A stretch of 64,000 nt of DNA. Origin: an uncultured Acidobacteriota bacterium. GTDB lineage: Bacteria > Acidobacteriota > Vicinamibacteria > Vicinamibacterales > UBA2999. Under the pieces are notes generated by a model. It made no database searches and had not been told where the DNA came from. It saw only the letters and a program-made list of their open reading frames with translations. The position numbers and the translations under genes are program-made. The stretch is from positions 61,493-125,492 of the forward strand of contig CAWFTF010000024.1 of assembly GCA_963818645.1 (NCBI GenBank), read 5' to 3'. Shown one piece after another: positions 19,283-28,959 of the stretch. The stretch's first letter is position 1; every line of letters begins with the position of its first letter.

Positions 19283-20614
19283 TTACTCTTCTTTGCTTCG
19301 GAATGCGCGGGCCTCAGGTTCGAGGCCGTATTCCACGATTTTTCGGTAGAGGGTGCCCCGGCTGATGTCCAGGAGCCGGGCGGCTTCCTTCTTGTTCCAG
19401 GCGGTGCCTTCGAGCACGCGCACGATGTGCGCACGCTCGGCCTCAGCCAGCGTTGGCACACGCGGCGGCGCGTCGGCGGTGACCGTTGCCTGTGGGTGAA
19501 GGAACTCGATGTCCGTATCTCTGATCACCCGGCCAGGAGCTGACAGCGCAGCGCGCGACACGGTGCTCTCGAGTTCACGGATGTTCCCTGGCCAGGGGTA
19601 GGAGTGGAGTCGTGCGATCGCCTCGGGCGAGAAGGCCTTCGCATCGAGCGGGAGTCCGTTCGTTGCGCAGTAGCGTGCAATGAATCGATTCGCGAGCACC
19701 CCTATGTCTACGGGGCGCTCACGCAGCGACGGCAGCCGAATCGAGAACGCATTCACGCGGTAGTACAAATCTTCACGGAAGCGGCTATCGCGCACGAACT
19801 GATCGAGTGGCCGGTTCGTCGCGGAGATCAGGCGGAAATCCACCTGCACGGATCGCTGTCCACCCAGTCGTTCGAACCGACGGTCTTCGAGGACGCGCAA
19901 CAGCTTTGCTTGAGCGACAAGAGAAAGGTCTCCGATCTCGTCCAGGAAGAGCGTGCCGCGATCGGCCAGTTCCACGCGGCCCGGTTTGCGATCGTGTGCA
20001 CCTGTGAACGCGCCCTTCTCGTATCCGAAAATTTCGGATTCGAAGAGCGTGTCGGGCAATGCTGCGCAGTTCACGGCCTGGAAGTTTTCGGTCCCGCGAC
20101 GACTCAGTTCGTGAATCATGCGCGAGACGACTTCTTTGCCGGAGCCGGTGGGCCCAAGAATCAGGACGGAGATGTCCGACTTGGCTGCCGTGCGAATCCA
20201 CTCGAACACGACGAGCATCTTCTCGTCGCGGCCGATCATTTCGCGGAAGCGCTGAACTGACGGCGCCTGGTCCTCGAGACTGATGTCCGCGCGCCGCTCG
20301 AGGAAGGTATCGAGGAGTCGGTTGAGGACGTCGCTCTCCGGGCGGATGGCCGAAAACTGCGCCGGGCTTCCCTGAGCGCGGCCGACGATGCCGAATTCAA
20401 CGAGCTCGCGAAGGCAGTTCTCGATGTCCAGGCGCAGACGCCCGAACGTCGCCATCAGTGATTCGACTTCAAAGGCCTCGCCTGGACGCGCCGAGAGAAA
20501 GCGCAGCAGTCCGGCCCGGAGAGGGGACTGGACGAGCGAGCGAAACCTCGCCTCCTGATCCCCGTTGACGTCAGGCCTCGGCATCGTGACCGCTCGATTG
20601 GTGGCTGCACTCAT
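19283..20614 (-). CDS. sigma54-dependent transcriptional activator (bEBP) with an atypical N-terminal domain
   Basis: GPTGSGKE, ESEIFGYEKGAFTGA, LFLDEIG, FREDLYYR, WPGNIREL and Fis-type HTH (AARLLDISRGTLYRK). Confidence 0.95.
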   Translation of the reverse strand: MSAATNRAVTMPRPDVNGDQEARFRSLVQSPLRAGLLRFLSARPGEAFEVESLMATFGRLRLDIENCLRELVEFGIVGRAQGSPAQFSAIRPESDVLNRLLDTFLERRADISLEDQAPSVQRFREMIGRDEKMLVVFEWIRTAAKSDISVLILGPTGSGKEVVSRMIHELSRRGTENFQAVNCAALPDTLFESEIFGYEKGAFTGAHDRKPGRVELADRGTLFLDEIGDLSLVAQAKLLRVLEDRRFERLGGQRSVQVDFRLISATNRPLDQFVRDSRFREDLYYRVNAFSIRLPSLRERPVDIGVLANRFIARYCATNGLPLDAKAFSPEAIARLHSYPWPGNIRELESTVSRAALSAPGRVIRDTDIEFLHPQATVTADAPPRVPTLAEAERAHIVRVLEGTAWNKKEAARLLDISRGTLYRKIVEYGLEPEARAFRSKEE

Positions 20615-20747
20615 CAGGTTCTGTACCCAAGAAGACTCGTTTGGTTATCGGCGCATAGGCGTGCAACCGACAGCGGTCTTCTGCAATACGGACCTGCCTG
20701 CGTCGTGAAACAGAGACGTGAAGCGGAGGTGCTAAGCTAGCCAGGCG

Positions 20748-21878
20748 ATGCCTTACCGTGCCCCGGGCGCCGAGAAATCAGGCGCCAAATACCTCACTGG
20801 CAAAGCCATTCGCTACTATCGGCCCCGCGGAAGCGCCGACCTCCGGCACCTGATTGAGGAGGGTTTTCAGGCATTCAATGCGGCGCGGCTTGGTGAAGCC
20901 TGTCGGATTTTCACCGACAAGATGCTGCTGCCCGAGCACGACACGACTATCGCGCTGACCGTCGCCGGTGCATTGACACCCGCGGGTCTCGGCGGCTGTA
21001 TGGTCGAGCTGATGGAGCGCGGGCTCGTTGACTTCCTGATCAGCACGGGCGCCAACCTCTACCACGATCTTCACTACGCTCTGAACTTTACCCTTCACCG
21101 AGGCTCACCATTCGTCAACGACGTCGAGCTCTATGAAGAGGGCGTTATTCGCATCTACGATGTGCTCTTTCCAGCAACCGTACTGCTCGAGACTGACGCC
21201 TATATTCGCGACTTCCTCGTGCGGTGGGGTGTCGATCGACCGGTCTCTACGGCCGAGCTGCACTTCGCGCTGGGGCAGGACCTGCTGGTGAGTCACCCTG
21301 AGTGCCGGGAGCATTCGGTGCTCGCTGCGGCAGCAGCCTGCGGCGTTCCGATCTACACCTCTTCTCCCGGCGACAGCTCGATCGGCATGAACGTGGCGTT
21401 TCACGAGTTGATGAACGACAGCGGTCTCATGATCGATCCCAACAAGGACGTGAACGAGATCTGCGCGTTCATCCTCGCCGGCAAGAAGAACGGCTGCGTG
21501 ATCCTCGGTGGAGGTTCCCCGAAGAACTTTTATCTCCAGGGACAGCCGACGTTGTGGGAGGTCTACGGGATCCCCAAGGGCGGCAACGACTACTTCATTC
21601 AGATCACGACCGATCAAGTCGTCTGGGGCGGACTCTCAGGTGCGACGCCGGCCGAGGCCGTGAGCTGGGGCAAGGTCAATCCCGGTGTCCTTCCCGACAC
21701 CGCCGTTGCTTACGTGGACTCGACGATCGGCTTCCCGCTCTTCTGTGAGTACGTGGTCGGATCGCCGCGAGGCCGCCGTCCGCTCAAGCAACTCGTGCAC
21801 AAACGCGACCAGTTGGTCGCGGCGCTGCGCAAGCAGGCAAAAGAGAGCGTCGAATCCAGGGCCGAAACCAGGACGTAG
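20748..21878 (+). CDS. deoxyhypusine synthase-like protein (probable homospermidine synthase)
   Basis: STGANLYHD, DSSIG, GGGSPKNF and GGLSGATPAEAVSWGK. Confidence 0.88.
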   Translation: MPYRAPGAEKSGAKYLTGKAIRYYRPRGSADLRHLIEEGFQAFNAARLGEACRIFTDKMLLPEHDTTIALTVAGALTPAGLGGCMVELMERGLVDFLISTGANLYHDLHYALNFTLHRGSPFVNDVELYEEGVIRIYDVLFPATVLLETDAYIRDFLVRWGVDRPVSTAELHFALGQDLLVSHPECREHSVLAAAAACGVPIYTSSPGDSSIGMNVAFHELMNDSGLMIDPNKDVNEICAFILAGKKNGCVILGGGSPKNFYLQGQPTLWEVYGIPKGGNDYFIQITTDQVVWGGLSGATPAEAVSWGKVNPGVLPDTAVAYVDSTIGFPLFCEYVVGSPRGRRPLKQLVHKRDQLVAALRKQAKESVESRAETRT

Positions 21879-21896
21879 AACCCAAAGAGCCGACAG

Positions 21897-22358
21897 ATGG
21901 GTACCCTGGCGTCCGAGTTAGGCGGTTACGCCGAGCAGGTCTCGGGACAACCCAGAGTGTACGTTGACGCGAACGTGCCGGCCGGACTCGTGTCCTTCAT
22001 GCGACAGGTGCTGCGGTGGGATGTGCTCTTCGTGCTCGAACATGAAGAACTGCGACGGGCACCTGACGGTGAGCATTACCGTCTGGCGAGACAGCTTCGT
22101 CGAACGCTCATCACACAGGATCGCGACTATCTCGACGATCGCAAGTTTCCTCCTGAGCAGAGCGGTGGCGTGCTGGTGATGTGGGCGCCGGTCGAGAAGG
22201 GCCTGATGGCCCTGCTCAAGCGCGTCGATCGTGAGGTTCTCCGCCGCTCGCCGCTCGCCGACAACGGTTCCGACGAGATCGCTGACGTCCCCTTGCCACT
22301 CGAAGGGCGCAAGCTTCACGTCCATATCGACTGGGACGGAGAGAGAATCGCGCCGTGA
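21897..22358 (+). CDS. DUF5615-type PIN-like protein
   Basis: VYVDANVP ... LITQDRDY pattern. Confidence 0.7.
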   Translation: MGTLASELGGYAEQVSGQPRVYVDANVPAGLVSFMRQVLRWDVLFVLEHEELRRAPDGEHYRLARQLRRTLITQDRDYLDDRKFPPEQSGGVLVMWAPVEKGLMALLKRVDREVLRRSPLADNGSDEIADVPLPLEGRKLHVHIDWDGERIAP

Positions 22359-23533
22359 TCGTCGTCAGCGGTGGCGACCTGATTCTGTCCGGGCGCCTCG
22401 TCAGCGAGGGGTCGCTGATCATCGACGGTGGCCGCATCACGGCGATCGAGTCGCGTCGTGTCGATCCGGCAGGAGCGACGATCGTCGACGCGAGCGACTG
22501 TTACGTAGCGCCAGGCTTCATCGATGTCCACGTGCACGGCCTTCACGGACACGACACGCTCGATGGTGAGGGCGCGGTCGCGCACATCGCCGCGCTGCTG
22601 CCGCGATACGGCGTCACGGCGTTTTGCCCGACAACGGTGGCGTGCGGTCCCGACGATCTCCGCAGCGTGCTGCAGCAGGTCCGCCAGGCGAGAGTTGCGC
22701 CGGTGGCCGGATCTGCACGCGTGTTGCCGGCCCACCTCGAAAGCAACTTCATCAACCCGGAGTACAAAGGAGCGCAGCCCGCGGATTGTCTGCGACATGC
22801 GGGTGAAGGATCGCGCGATGGGGTCTACTCAGCGGCTGATGTCCTCGATGTGATTTCAGCGGGTCGTCCCGATGTCGGTATCGTGACGATGGCGCCCGAA
22901 CTACCAGGCGGTATCGAACTCGTTCGCTCGCTGGCAGCGGCGGGACATCGCGTGTCGCTCGGTCATTCCGGATCCGACTACGACACCGCGATTGAAGCGA
23001 TCGAGGCCGGAGCGCGTCATGCCACGCATCTCTTCAATCGCATGACGCCGATGACCCATCGCGCGCCCGGACTGCCGGGAGCGGTGCTGGCGCGTGAAGA
23101 AGTGACCGTCGAGCTGATCTGCGACGGCTATCACGTGCATCCCTCGATGTGCCGTGTCGCGGTGGCCGCAAAGGGGCCGGACGGGGTGATGGCTATCACC
23201 GACGCTACATCCGGAGCCGGATTGAAACAGGGCTCGAAAGCCAGATTGGGCGGGCGACCGATCGAAGTGGGAGCGCAGGCCGCCTTTCTCGAAGACGGGA
23301 CGCTGGCAGGCAGCACGCTGACGATGGACAAGGCCTTCCGGAACATCGTCACGAGTTTCGGCGGTTCGCTGGTGGACGCTGCGCTTCTGTGCTCGACCAG
23401 TCCGGCCCGTGCCCTGGGGCTGAGTGGCTTCGGCGTGCTGGCTGAAGGGGCGGCCGCCGATGTGGTGGTGCTCGACCGTGCCTTCAGAATCCTCCGCACG
23501 TTCATCGGTGGCCAGCACGTGTGGGGGGCCTGA
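22355..23533 (+). CDS. nagA: N-acetylglucosamine-6-phosphate deacetylase
   Basis: PGFIDVHVHG, HLE, TMAPE, GHS, THLFNRM, DGYHVHP, ITDA and LAGSTLTM. Confidence 0.92.
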   Translation: MIVVSGGDLILSGRLVSEGSLIIDGGRITAIESRRVDPAGATIVDASDCYVAPGFIDVHVHGLHGHDTLDGEGAVAHIAALLPRYGVTAFCPTTVACGPDDLRSVLQQVRQARVAPVAGSARVLPAHLESNFINPEYKGAQPADCLRHAGEGSRDGVYSAADVLDVISAGRPDVGIVTMAPELPGGIELVRSLAAAGHRVSLGHSGSDYDTAIEAIEAGARHATHLFNRMTPMTHRAPGLPGAVLAREEVTVELICDGYHVHPSMCRVAVAAKGPDGVMAITDATSGAGLKQGSKARLGGRPIEVGAQAAFLEDGTLAGSTLTMDKAFRNIVTSFGGSLVDAALLCSTSPARALGLSGFGVLAEGAAADVVVLDRAFRILRTFIGGQHVWGA

Positions 23534-23572
23534 ACTCCGTCAACCTGTGTCGCGTCTAAGTCGGAGCGGAGG

Positions 23573-24469
23573 TTGAACATGGCTAAGGTGAGTCCGCTCC
23601 AGATCGTCGCATTCGCGGTTGCTGCCAGTGCGGTCGCCTGCAGCGTTGATGTTCGTGGCAGCGAAGTGTCGGCGCGCGAGGAGAAACGATTCACGGTTTC
23701 CTCGGCTGAACCGGTCGAACTGAAGCTCAAAACCTTCGACGGCACCCTCGTCGTGCGATCGTGGGACAAGAACGAGGTGCTCGTCGAAATCGAGCGCCGG
23801 GCGGCCGATCAGTCGGCAGCCGAAGCGCTCGTCGTCAACCAGACACAGGACGGTAACAAGATCACGATCGAGGCTCCGACCGCTGAAAATCGCCGGAGCG
23901 TGAGCTTTGGCGTCTCGCAGTCGGTCAACTTCTCCGTGACCCTTCCACGTCGCGTCGCGCTCGAAGCGAGCACAGGCGACGGAGGGATCGACGTGTCGGA
24001 CCTTCAGGGAACGATCGATTTGAACTCGGGCGACGGCCGGATCGTTGCGGCACACCTCGATGGCCAGGTGAAGGTGCACACCGGCGATGGAACCATTCGA
24101 ATCGATCAGGCCGCAGGGAAAGTTGACGCCGATTCCGGAGACGGGTCGGTCGAGGTCACCGGCCGGCTCGACGAATTAGCTGTTCGAACAGGCGACGGGC
24201 CGGTCCGAGTGGACGCGTCAAACGGCAGCGAGATGAAGAACGACTGGCGCATCACCACGGGCGACGGTCGCATCAGCCTGAGAGTGCCGAGCGATTTCAA
24301 CGCCTCGGTTGACGCATCGACCGGTGACGGGACGGTTCGAGTGGATGGCATCGATCGGCCTCGCACCGGCGACGAATCAGAACGACGAAGGGTCGTCGGA
24401 CAGTTGGGCTCAGGAGGCGCAACGCTCCATCTTCGAAGTGGAGATGGATCTATCGATGTAACGCGGTAA
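23573..24469 (+). CDS. DUF4097/adhesin-like beta-strand repeat lipoprotein
   Basis: Lipobox-like AVAC and repeated (T/S)GDG.(I/V) units. Confidence 0.8.
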   Translation: MNMAKVSPLQIVAFAVAASAVACSVDVRGSEVSAREEKRFTVSSAEPVELKLKTFDGTLVVRSWDKNEVLVEIERRAADQSAAEALVVNQTQDGNKITIEAPTAENRRSVSFGVSQSVNFSVTLPRRVALEASTGDGGIDVSDLQGTIDLNSGDGRIVAAHLDGQVKVHTGDGTIRIDQAAGKVDADSGDGSVEVTGRLDELAVRTGDGPVRVDASNGSEMKNDWRITTGDGRISLRVPSDFNASVDASTGDGTVRVDGIDRPRTGDESERRRVVGQLGSGGATLHLRSGDGSIDVTR

Positions 24470-24497
24470 TAATCTTCCCTCCTCAGGGAGGCAGACG

Positions 24498-25593
24498 ATG
24501 AAGCGCGTTGCAGTTGCAGCCACTTGTGCCGGTCTTCTGGCCGTCGGCGTGATTCTCAACGCTCAGGCGCCGGCCCCATTCAAGCTCGGCACGTTCCAGC
24601 TTCAAAACCGCACGTTCATCGGCATCGTGGTCCGCGACACCCAGGTGATTGACTTTGCCGCGGCGGACTCGGTGATCGGCCGCGGTCGCGATAGCTGCGC
24701 CGGCGGACATGAAGCAGCTCATAGAACGCTACGACGCGGGCGTGCGTGAGCGCATCTACGCCGTCGTGAAGTCGGTGACGTCTGCGCAAGGCGCGCGGCC
24801 GGATTACGTGCACGAGCTCTCGTCGCTCAAGACGCTGCCGCCGATCATGTATCCGATGACGCTGCTCAATGCGGCGGTCAACTATCGCGAGCATGGCGAG
24901 GAAATGGAGCGACGCGCGGGTCAGCCGCAAGCCGCTGGCGCGCCTCCGCCGGGAACAGCGCCGCCAGGGACGAAGAGCGCGCCTGGAATCTGGGAACGGA
25001 AGACGGGCGACACGCGCTGGAATCCATATGCCTTCCTGAAGGCGCCGTCGGCGATCGTCGGAGAAGGTGACGCGATCCGCATTCCGAAAGGACGCACTCA
25101 GATCGACTGGGAATGCGAGCTCGGCGTCGTGGTCTCGAAGATGGCGAGCGAGGTTCCGGTTGCGCAGGCAGCGAACTACATCTTCGGCTACACGAACGAA
25201 ATGGATGTCTCGGATCGCGAAGGGCGCGGCGACAATCGCTATGGGTCGGACTGGCTGATTGGCAAGTCGCACGACACGTTTGCGCCGATGGGTCCGTTCA
25301 TCACGCCGAAAGAGTTCGTGTCCAATCCGCAGAGCCTGCCGGTGAAGTTCTCGCTCAACGGGAAGCTGATGCAGGATGCGACGACGCAGTTGATGATTCA
25401 CGACGTCTTCGAGCTGGTCGCGTACGGGTCGAGCATCATGACGCTGCGTCCGGGCGACGTGATCGCCACCGGGACGCCGTCGGGCGTCGGGTCCGCGCGT
25501 CAGCCGCCGATCTATTTGAAGCCGGGTGATCGCACCGTCTGCACGTACGAGGGTGTGGGAACGCTCACCAATCGAGTCGAGGCGGCTTCCTGA
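24498..25593 (+). CDS. fumarylacetoacetate hydrolase family protein with signal peptide; frameshift near 24690
   Basis: VNYREH, FLKAPS, DWECELG, GKSHDTFAPMGP and PGDVIATGTPSGVG; N-terminal signal in the upstream frame. Confidence 0.85.
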
Positions 25594-25596
25594 TCA

Positions 25597-25622
25597 AGGC
25601 GGGCCTGAAGGCCCGCCTCTAC
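25597..25622 (-). repeat. GTAG-type REP-like palindrome
   Basis: Minus strand GTAGAGGCGGGCCTTCAGGCCCGCCT, between convergent genes. Confidence 0.55.
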
Positions 25623-25628
25623 ACGCCG

Positions 25629-26292
25629 TCACCGAATCGGGATTTGCCGGTAGCGGGTTGGGTCCTCAATCCCCGCCTCACGGAACGCATCACGCCGCTC
25701 GCGACACTTGCTGCATTCACCGCAGTGCAGCCCATCGCGCGGGTTCATGCACGAGAGCGTCAACTCGAGTGGAACCCCGAGCTCGCGACCCAGGCGAATG
25801 ACGTCGCTCTTATGCATCTGCATGAAAGGCGCGTCGACGCGGATCGGGTGAGCGAGTCCCAGCGACATCGCCTTCGCCAGTGCGTCGAAGAAGTCCGGCG
25901 TTGCGTCAGGAAACGGATTTCCGGCGAGCGTCCCAATCGCAATACGCGAAATGCGTCGCTGCGCGCAGTGAATCGCCGCTTTGCTCAACAACACCAGATT
26001 GCGCCCCGTGAGATACACGTCCTCGTCGGGCGTGTCGAAACCGGGCGGCGTTCCTGTGAGTGCCCAGTGGTTCGCGGGGTAGAGATCCGCGACCGTGAAC
26101 GCCAGGCGGGCAATCGGTTGCACACCGCGATAGGCAGGCGTGGCGAGCAGTCGCTCCGCAAGTCGTAGTCTCCTCCGACTCCCAGGCGAGCCCGCAGCTC
26201 ACATAGATCGGATGCACCGTCGAGGCCCGAGCTTCCGAGGCAGCGAGGACCGCACTATCGAGTCCGGCCGAAAAAAGAACGCCAACTACCAA
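25629..26292 (-). CDS. queC: 7-cyano-7-deazaguanine synthase (QueC family); frameshift near 26160; start uncertain
   Basis: VLFSAGLDS PP-loop, GRNLVLL, FPDA..DF and the SC..P...HCGECSKC.ER Zn site. Confidence 0.8.
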
Positions 26293-26367
26293 TTCCCAAC
26301 TCCCAACTCCCAAGACTCCAACCCATCCCACTGTCTTTTGGGCGTTGGAAATTGGGCTTTGGGAGTT
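26283..26367. repeat. inverted heptamer repeat tract (CCAACTC / GAGTTGG family)
   Basis: CCAACTC-like units face TTGGGCG/TTGGGAG-like units between divergent queC and queD. Confidence 0.7.
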
Positions 26368-26385
26368 CTGATAAGATTACAGAGT

Positions 26386-26787
26386 ATGTATTCGGTTACC
26401 AAGCGGTTGGACTTCTGCTACGGCCACAGGCTTCTCGATTACGACGGTGTCTGCAAACACCCGCACGGCCACAACGCCGTCGTGGAGCTCGAGATTCAGA
26501 CCGACGCGCTCGACCACCGCAACATGGTGGCCGATTTCACCGACATCAAGCGTGCCATGAAAGGCTGGATCGATCGCGAGCTCGATCACCGCATGATCCT
26601 GCGCCACGACGATCCGCTCGTCGCCTCATTGAAATCGCTGGGCGAGCCGGTCTACGTGCTTGACAGCAATCCCACCGCCGAGCGGATTGCGCGGCTGCTG
26701 TTCGACATCTCGCGCGAGCAGGGGCTGCCGGTCTCGCGCGTCACGGTATGGGAGACTCCGACCTCGTGGGCCACGTACAAAGCCTGA
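26386..26787 (+). CDS. queD: 6-carboxytetrahydropterin synthase
   Basis: FCYGHRL, CKHPHGHN, DFTDIK, LDHR, PTAE and VWETPTS. Confidence 0.9.
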   Translation: MYSVTKRLDFCYGHRLLDYDGVCKHPHGHNAVVELEIQTDALDHRNMVADFTDIKRAMKGWIDRELDHRMILRHDDPLVASLKSLGEPVYVLDSNPTAERIARLLFDISREQGLPVSRVTVWETPTSWATYKA

Positions 26788-27437
26788 TTGCATTCGATCT
26801 CGACGGCACCCTCATCGATTCTCACCGCGACCTTGCAGAGTCCGCTAACCAGCTGATTTCAGAGTTGGGCGGTAATCCGCTGTCGGAAGACGCGGTTGGC
26901 GGGATGGTGGGCGGGGGAGCCGCGCTACTCGTCAAGCGCGCGCTCGACGCCGCTGGCCTCGAGCATCCAAAGGACGCGGTCGTGCGGTTTCTGGAGATCT
27001 ACGATACGCGTCTCACCAACCACACTCGCGTCTACGACGGCATCCTCGAGACTCTCAATGCTGCTCGTTCTCACGCCAGTCTCGCCGTGCTGACGAACAA
27101 GCCGCTCGCTCCGACGACGAAGCTGCTCGACGCCTTCGCGATTCGCGATCTGTTTCAAAGTGTCGTCGGCGGCGACGGTCCGTATCCGCGAAAGCCGGAT
27201 CCCGAAGGGTTGCGCGCCATCATGGCCACCGCCGGCGTGACTCCTGAACGCACGCTCATGGTCGGCGACTCGGCGGTCGACTACGAGACGGCGCTCCATG
27301 CCTCCGCTCACGCCTGCATCGTCTCCTATGGCTTCGGGTTTCGCAGCTTCAAGCGCGAACAGCTCCAGGACGGCCACTCGGTGGTCGACGATGTGAAGGG
27401 ATTGGCGAGCGTGATCGAGCGGTTTCTACTTGAATAG
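26766..27437 (+). CDS. HAD-family phosphatase (phosphoglycolate phosphatase-like)
   Basis: FDLDGTLIDS, LTNKP, KPDP and MVGDS. Confidence 0.88.
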   Translation: MGHVQSLIAFDLDGTLIDSHRDLAESANQLISELGGNPLSEDAVGGMVGGGAALLVKRALDAAGLEHPKDAVVRFLEIYDTRLTNHTRVYDGILETLNAARSHASLAVLTNKPLAPTTKLLDAFAIRDLFQSVVGGDGPYPRKPDPEGLRAIMATAGVTPERTLMVGDSAVDYETALHASAHACIVSYGFGFRSFKREQLQDGHSVVDDVKGLASVIERFLLE

Positions 27438-28907
27438 ACTGCCAAACGAGAGCGCGACGAAGAATCCGTAGAACAGTGTCATCACGACGAGCGCGACCCG
27501 GCGCCACATCGGCGGCCGCACGTGCGGCGGCAGCAGTCGAGTGTTGATGTAGAGCAGGTGCGGCGCGGCGATGACGAAGATCAGGCCGGCCACATTGGCG
27601 CCGAGTTGCAGAAGCACGATCGGCTGGGCGATGCGCATCGCGATCAGTCCCCACACGACGAGAATCGCAAGTACGGTGTAGTAAACCGCGCGAACGTCGC
27701 CGCCGCGCCATGCGCGCACGCGACGGCTTCCGGTCCAGAGAATGTCCGCAATCGCGCGCACCATCCCTTCGAGGTTGTCGAGTTGCGTCTTGAAGAGCAG
27801 CCACGCGCCGAGAAAGGCGATGATGGCTCCGACGCCTGCACCGGTCCGGGTGCCTATCGCCGACGCTAGCGCAGCGCTGATTCCCAGACCTTGAATGTTG
27901 GTGCCGCGCGGAAGGAACGTGACGTAGAGCAGCGCGGGCAGAAGCATTCCGAGGAGCGCGCCGATCCAGAAGAGACCCCATTGATCGGCCGACACCACTC
28001 GCCACCATCCGTGCCAGCGCTCCATCGATTTGGCATCGCCGGAGAACATGAAACCAGTGTGTGCGACATGCCCCTTCTCACCGGAGGCGGCTGCTGGAAT
28101 GTAGCCGGCGCGCTCGCCCATGCCGTAGCCGCGATCGCGGGCCCAGTTCGACAGCACGATGTTCACGACACCGCCCGAACCCGAGTACGCGACAAGTGCT
28201 CCGAGCAGAAAGAAGTCGGCGCCGGCTGGTAGCGGATCGAATGTCCCTGATGGCAGGTCGAAGCCGCCGAACCCGGCCACGGCTTCCAGCCACGCACTTC
28301 CGGGCACGAAGAGCAGAACGAGCACGAAGAAGCCACCGAGGATGGTGACCACGAGGATCCAGTTGAGAAGTTCGAGCGTGCGCTCGATGCGCCGGCCGAC
28401 GGTGAGGATGACGACGCAGCCGAGAAACGCCGCAACGCCGATCCCGTAGATGGCCCCGGCATCGGCAGCGACCGCCAGTCGCTTGGCGAAGAGAAAGAAG
28501 ATTGCGGCGGCGGCCGTTCCTGCCCATGCGGGCCAACCGACCTGGAGGAAGTACAGAGCCGCGTAGACCCACGCCCACAGCGTTGACGAAGGCCTCGTGC
28601 GCATGAACCCGGTGAAGACGGGCTCACCGGTCGCGAGTGTGTAGCGCATCACCTCGGTGTTGAAAATCGTCTGGAGCGTGACGGCAACGATGACCACCCA
28701 CATCAGCGACAAACCGTGCTGCACGAATGCCGCCGGGCCAAGGAGAAACTCGCCGCTCCCGATCGACACGCCGAGCGCGATCACGCCAGGGCCGACGGCG
28801 CCGATCCATTCGAGCCCGCGGGGTCTGGGTGGTTCTGGGAGGTCTGCCGCTTGCCATGGATCGAGTCCGGATCGCGCCTCGACCGGCGTCGGTGAAGGAA
28901 GTGTCAA
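27426..28907 (-). CDS. Nramp-like (APC superfamily) transporter
   Basis: GPGVIALGVSIGSGE, RYTLATGE and multiple TM segments; no DPGN motif seen. Confidence 0.7.
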   Translation of the reverse strand: MTLPSPTPVEARSGLDPWQAADLPEPPRPRGLEWIGAVGPGVIALGVSIGSGEFLLGPAAFVQHGLSLMWVVIVAVTLQTIFNTEVMRYTLATGEPVFTGFMRTRPSSTLWAWVYAALYFLQVGWPAWAGTAAAAIFFLFAKRLAVAADAGAIYGIGVAAFLGCVVILTVGRRIERTLELLNWILVVTILGGFFVLVLLFVPGSAWLEAVAGFGGFDLPSGTFDPLPAGADFFLLGALVAYSGSGGVVNIVLSNWARDRGYGMGERAGYIPAAASGEKGHVAHTGFMFSGDAKSMERWHGWWRVVSADQWGLFWIGALLGMLLPALLYVTFLPRGTNIQGLGISAALASAIGTRTGAGVGAIIAFLGAWLLFKTQLDNLEGMVRAIADILWTGSRRVRAWRGGDVRAVYYTVLAILVVWGLIAMRIAQPIVLLQLGANVAGLIFVIAAPHLLYINTRLLPPHVRPPMWRRVALVVMTLFYGFFVALSFGSLFK

Positions 28908-28959
28908 GGCCGGGGATTATAATTCGCGTCCACAGCCGCCTCGACATGAAAGGTGAAAG

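Noticed and set aside
20683..20698. GGCA...TTGC upstream of the bEBP as a sigma54 promoter
   Set aside because: The GG-to-GC spacing is 12 nt, not the required 10.
545..26787. DGQHR, queC/queD and iscS as a phosphorothioate or deazaguanine DNA-modification defence system
   Set aside because: The genes are far apart in separate housekeeping contexts, with no dndCDE, dpdA or restriction genes.
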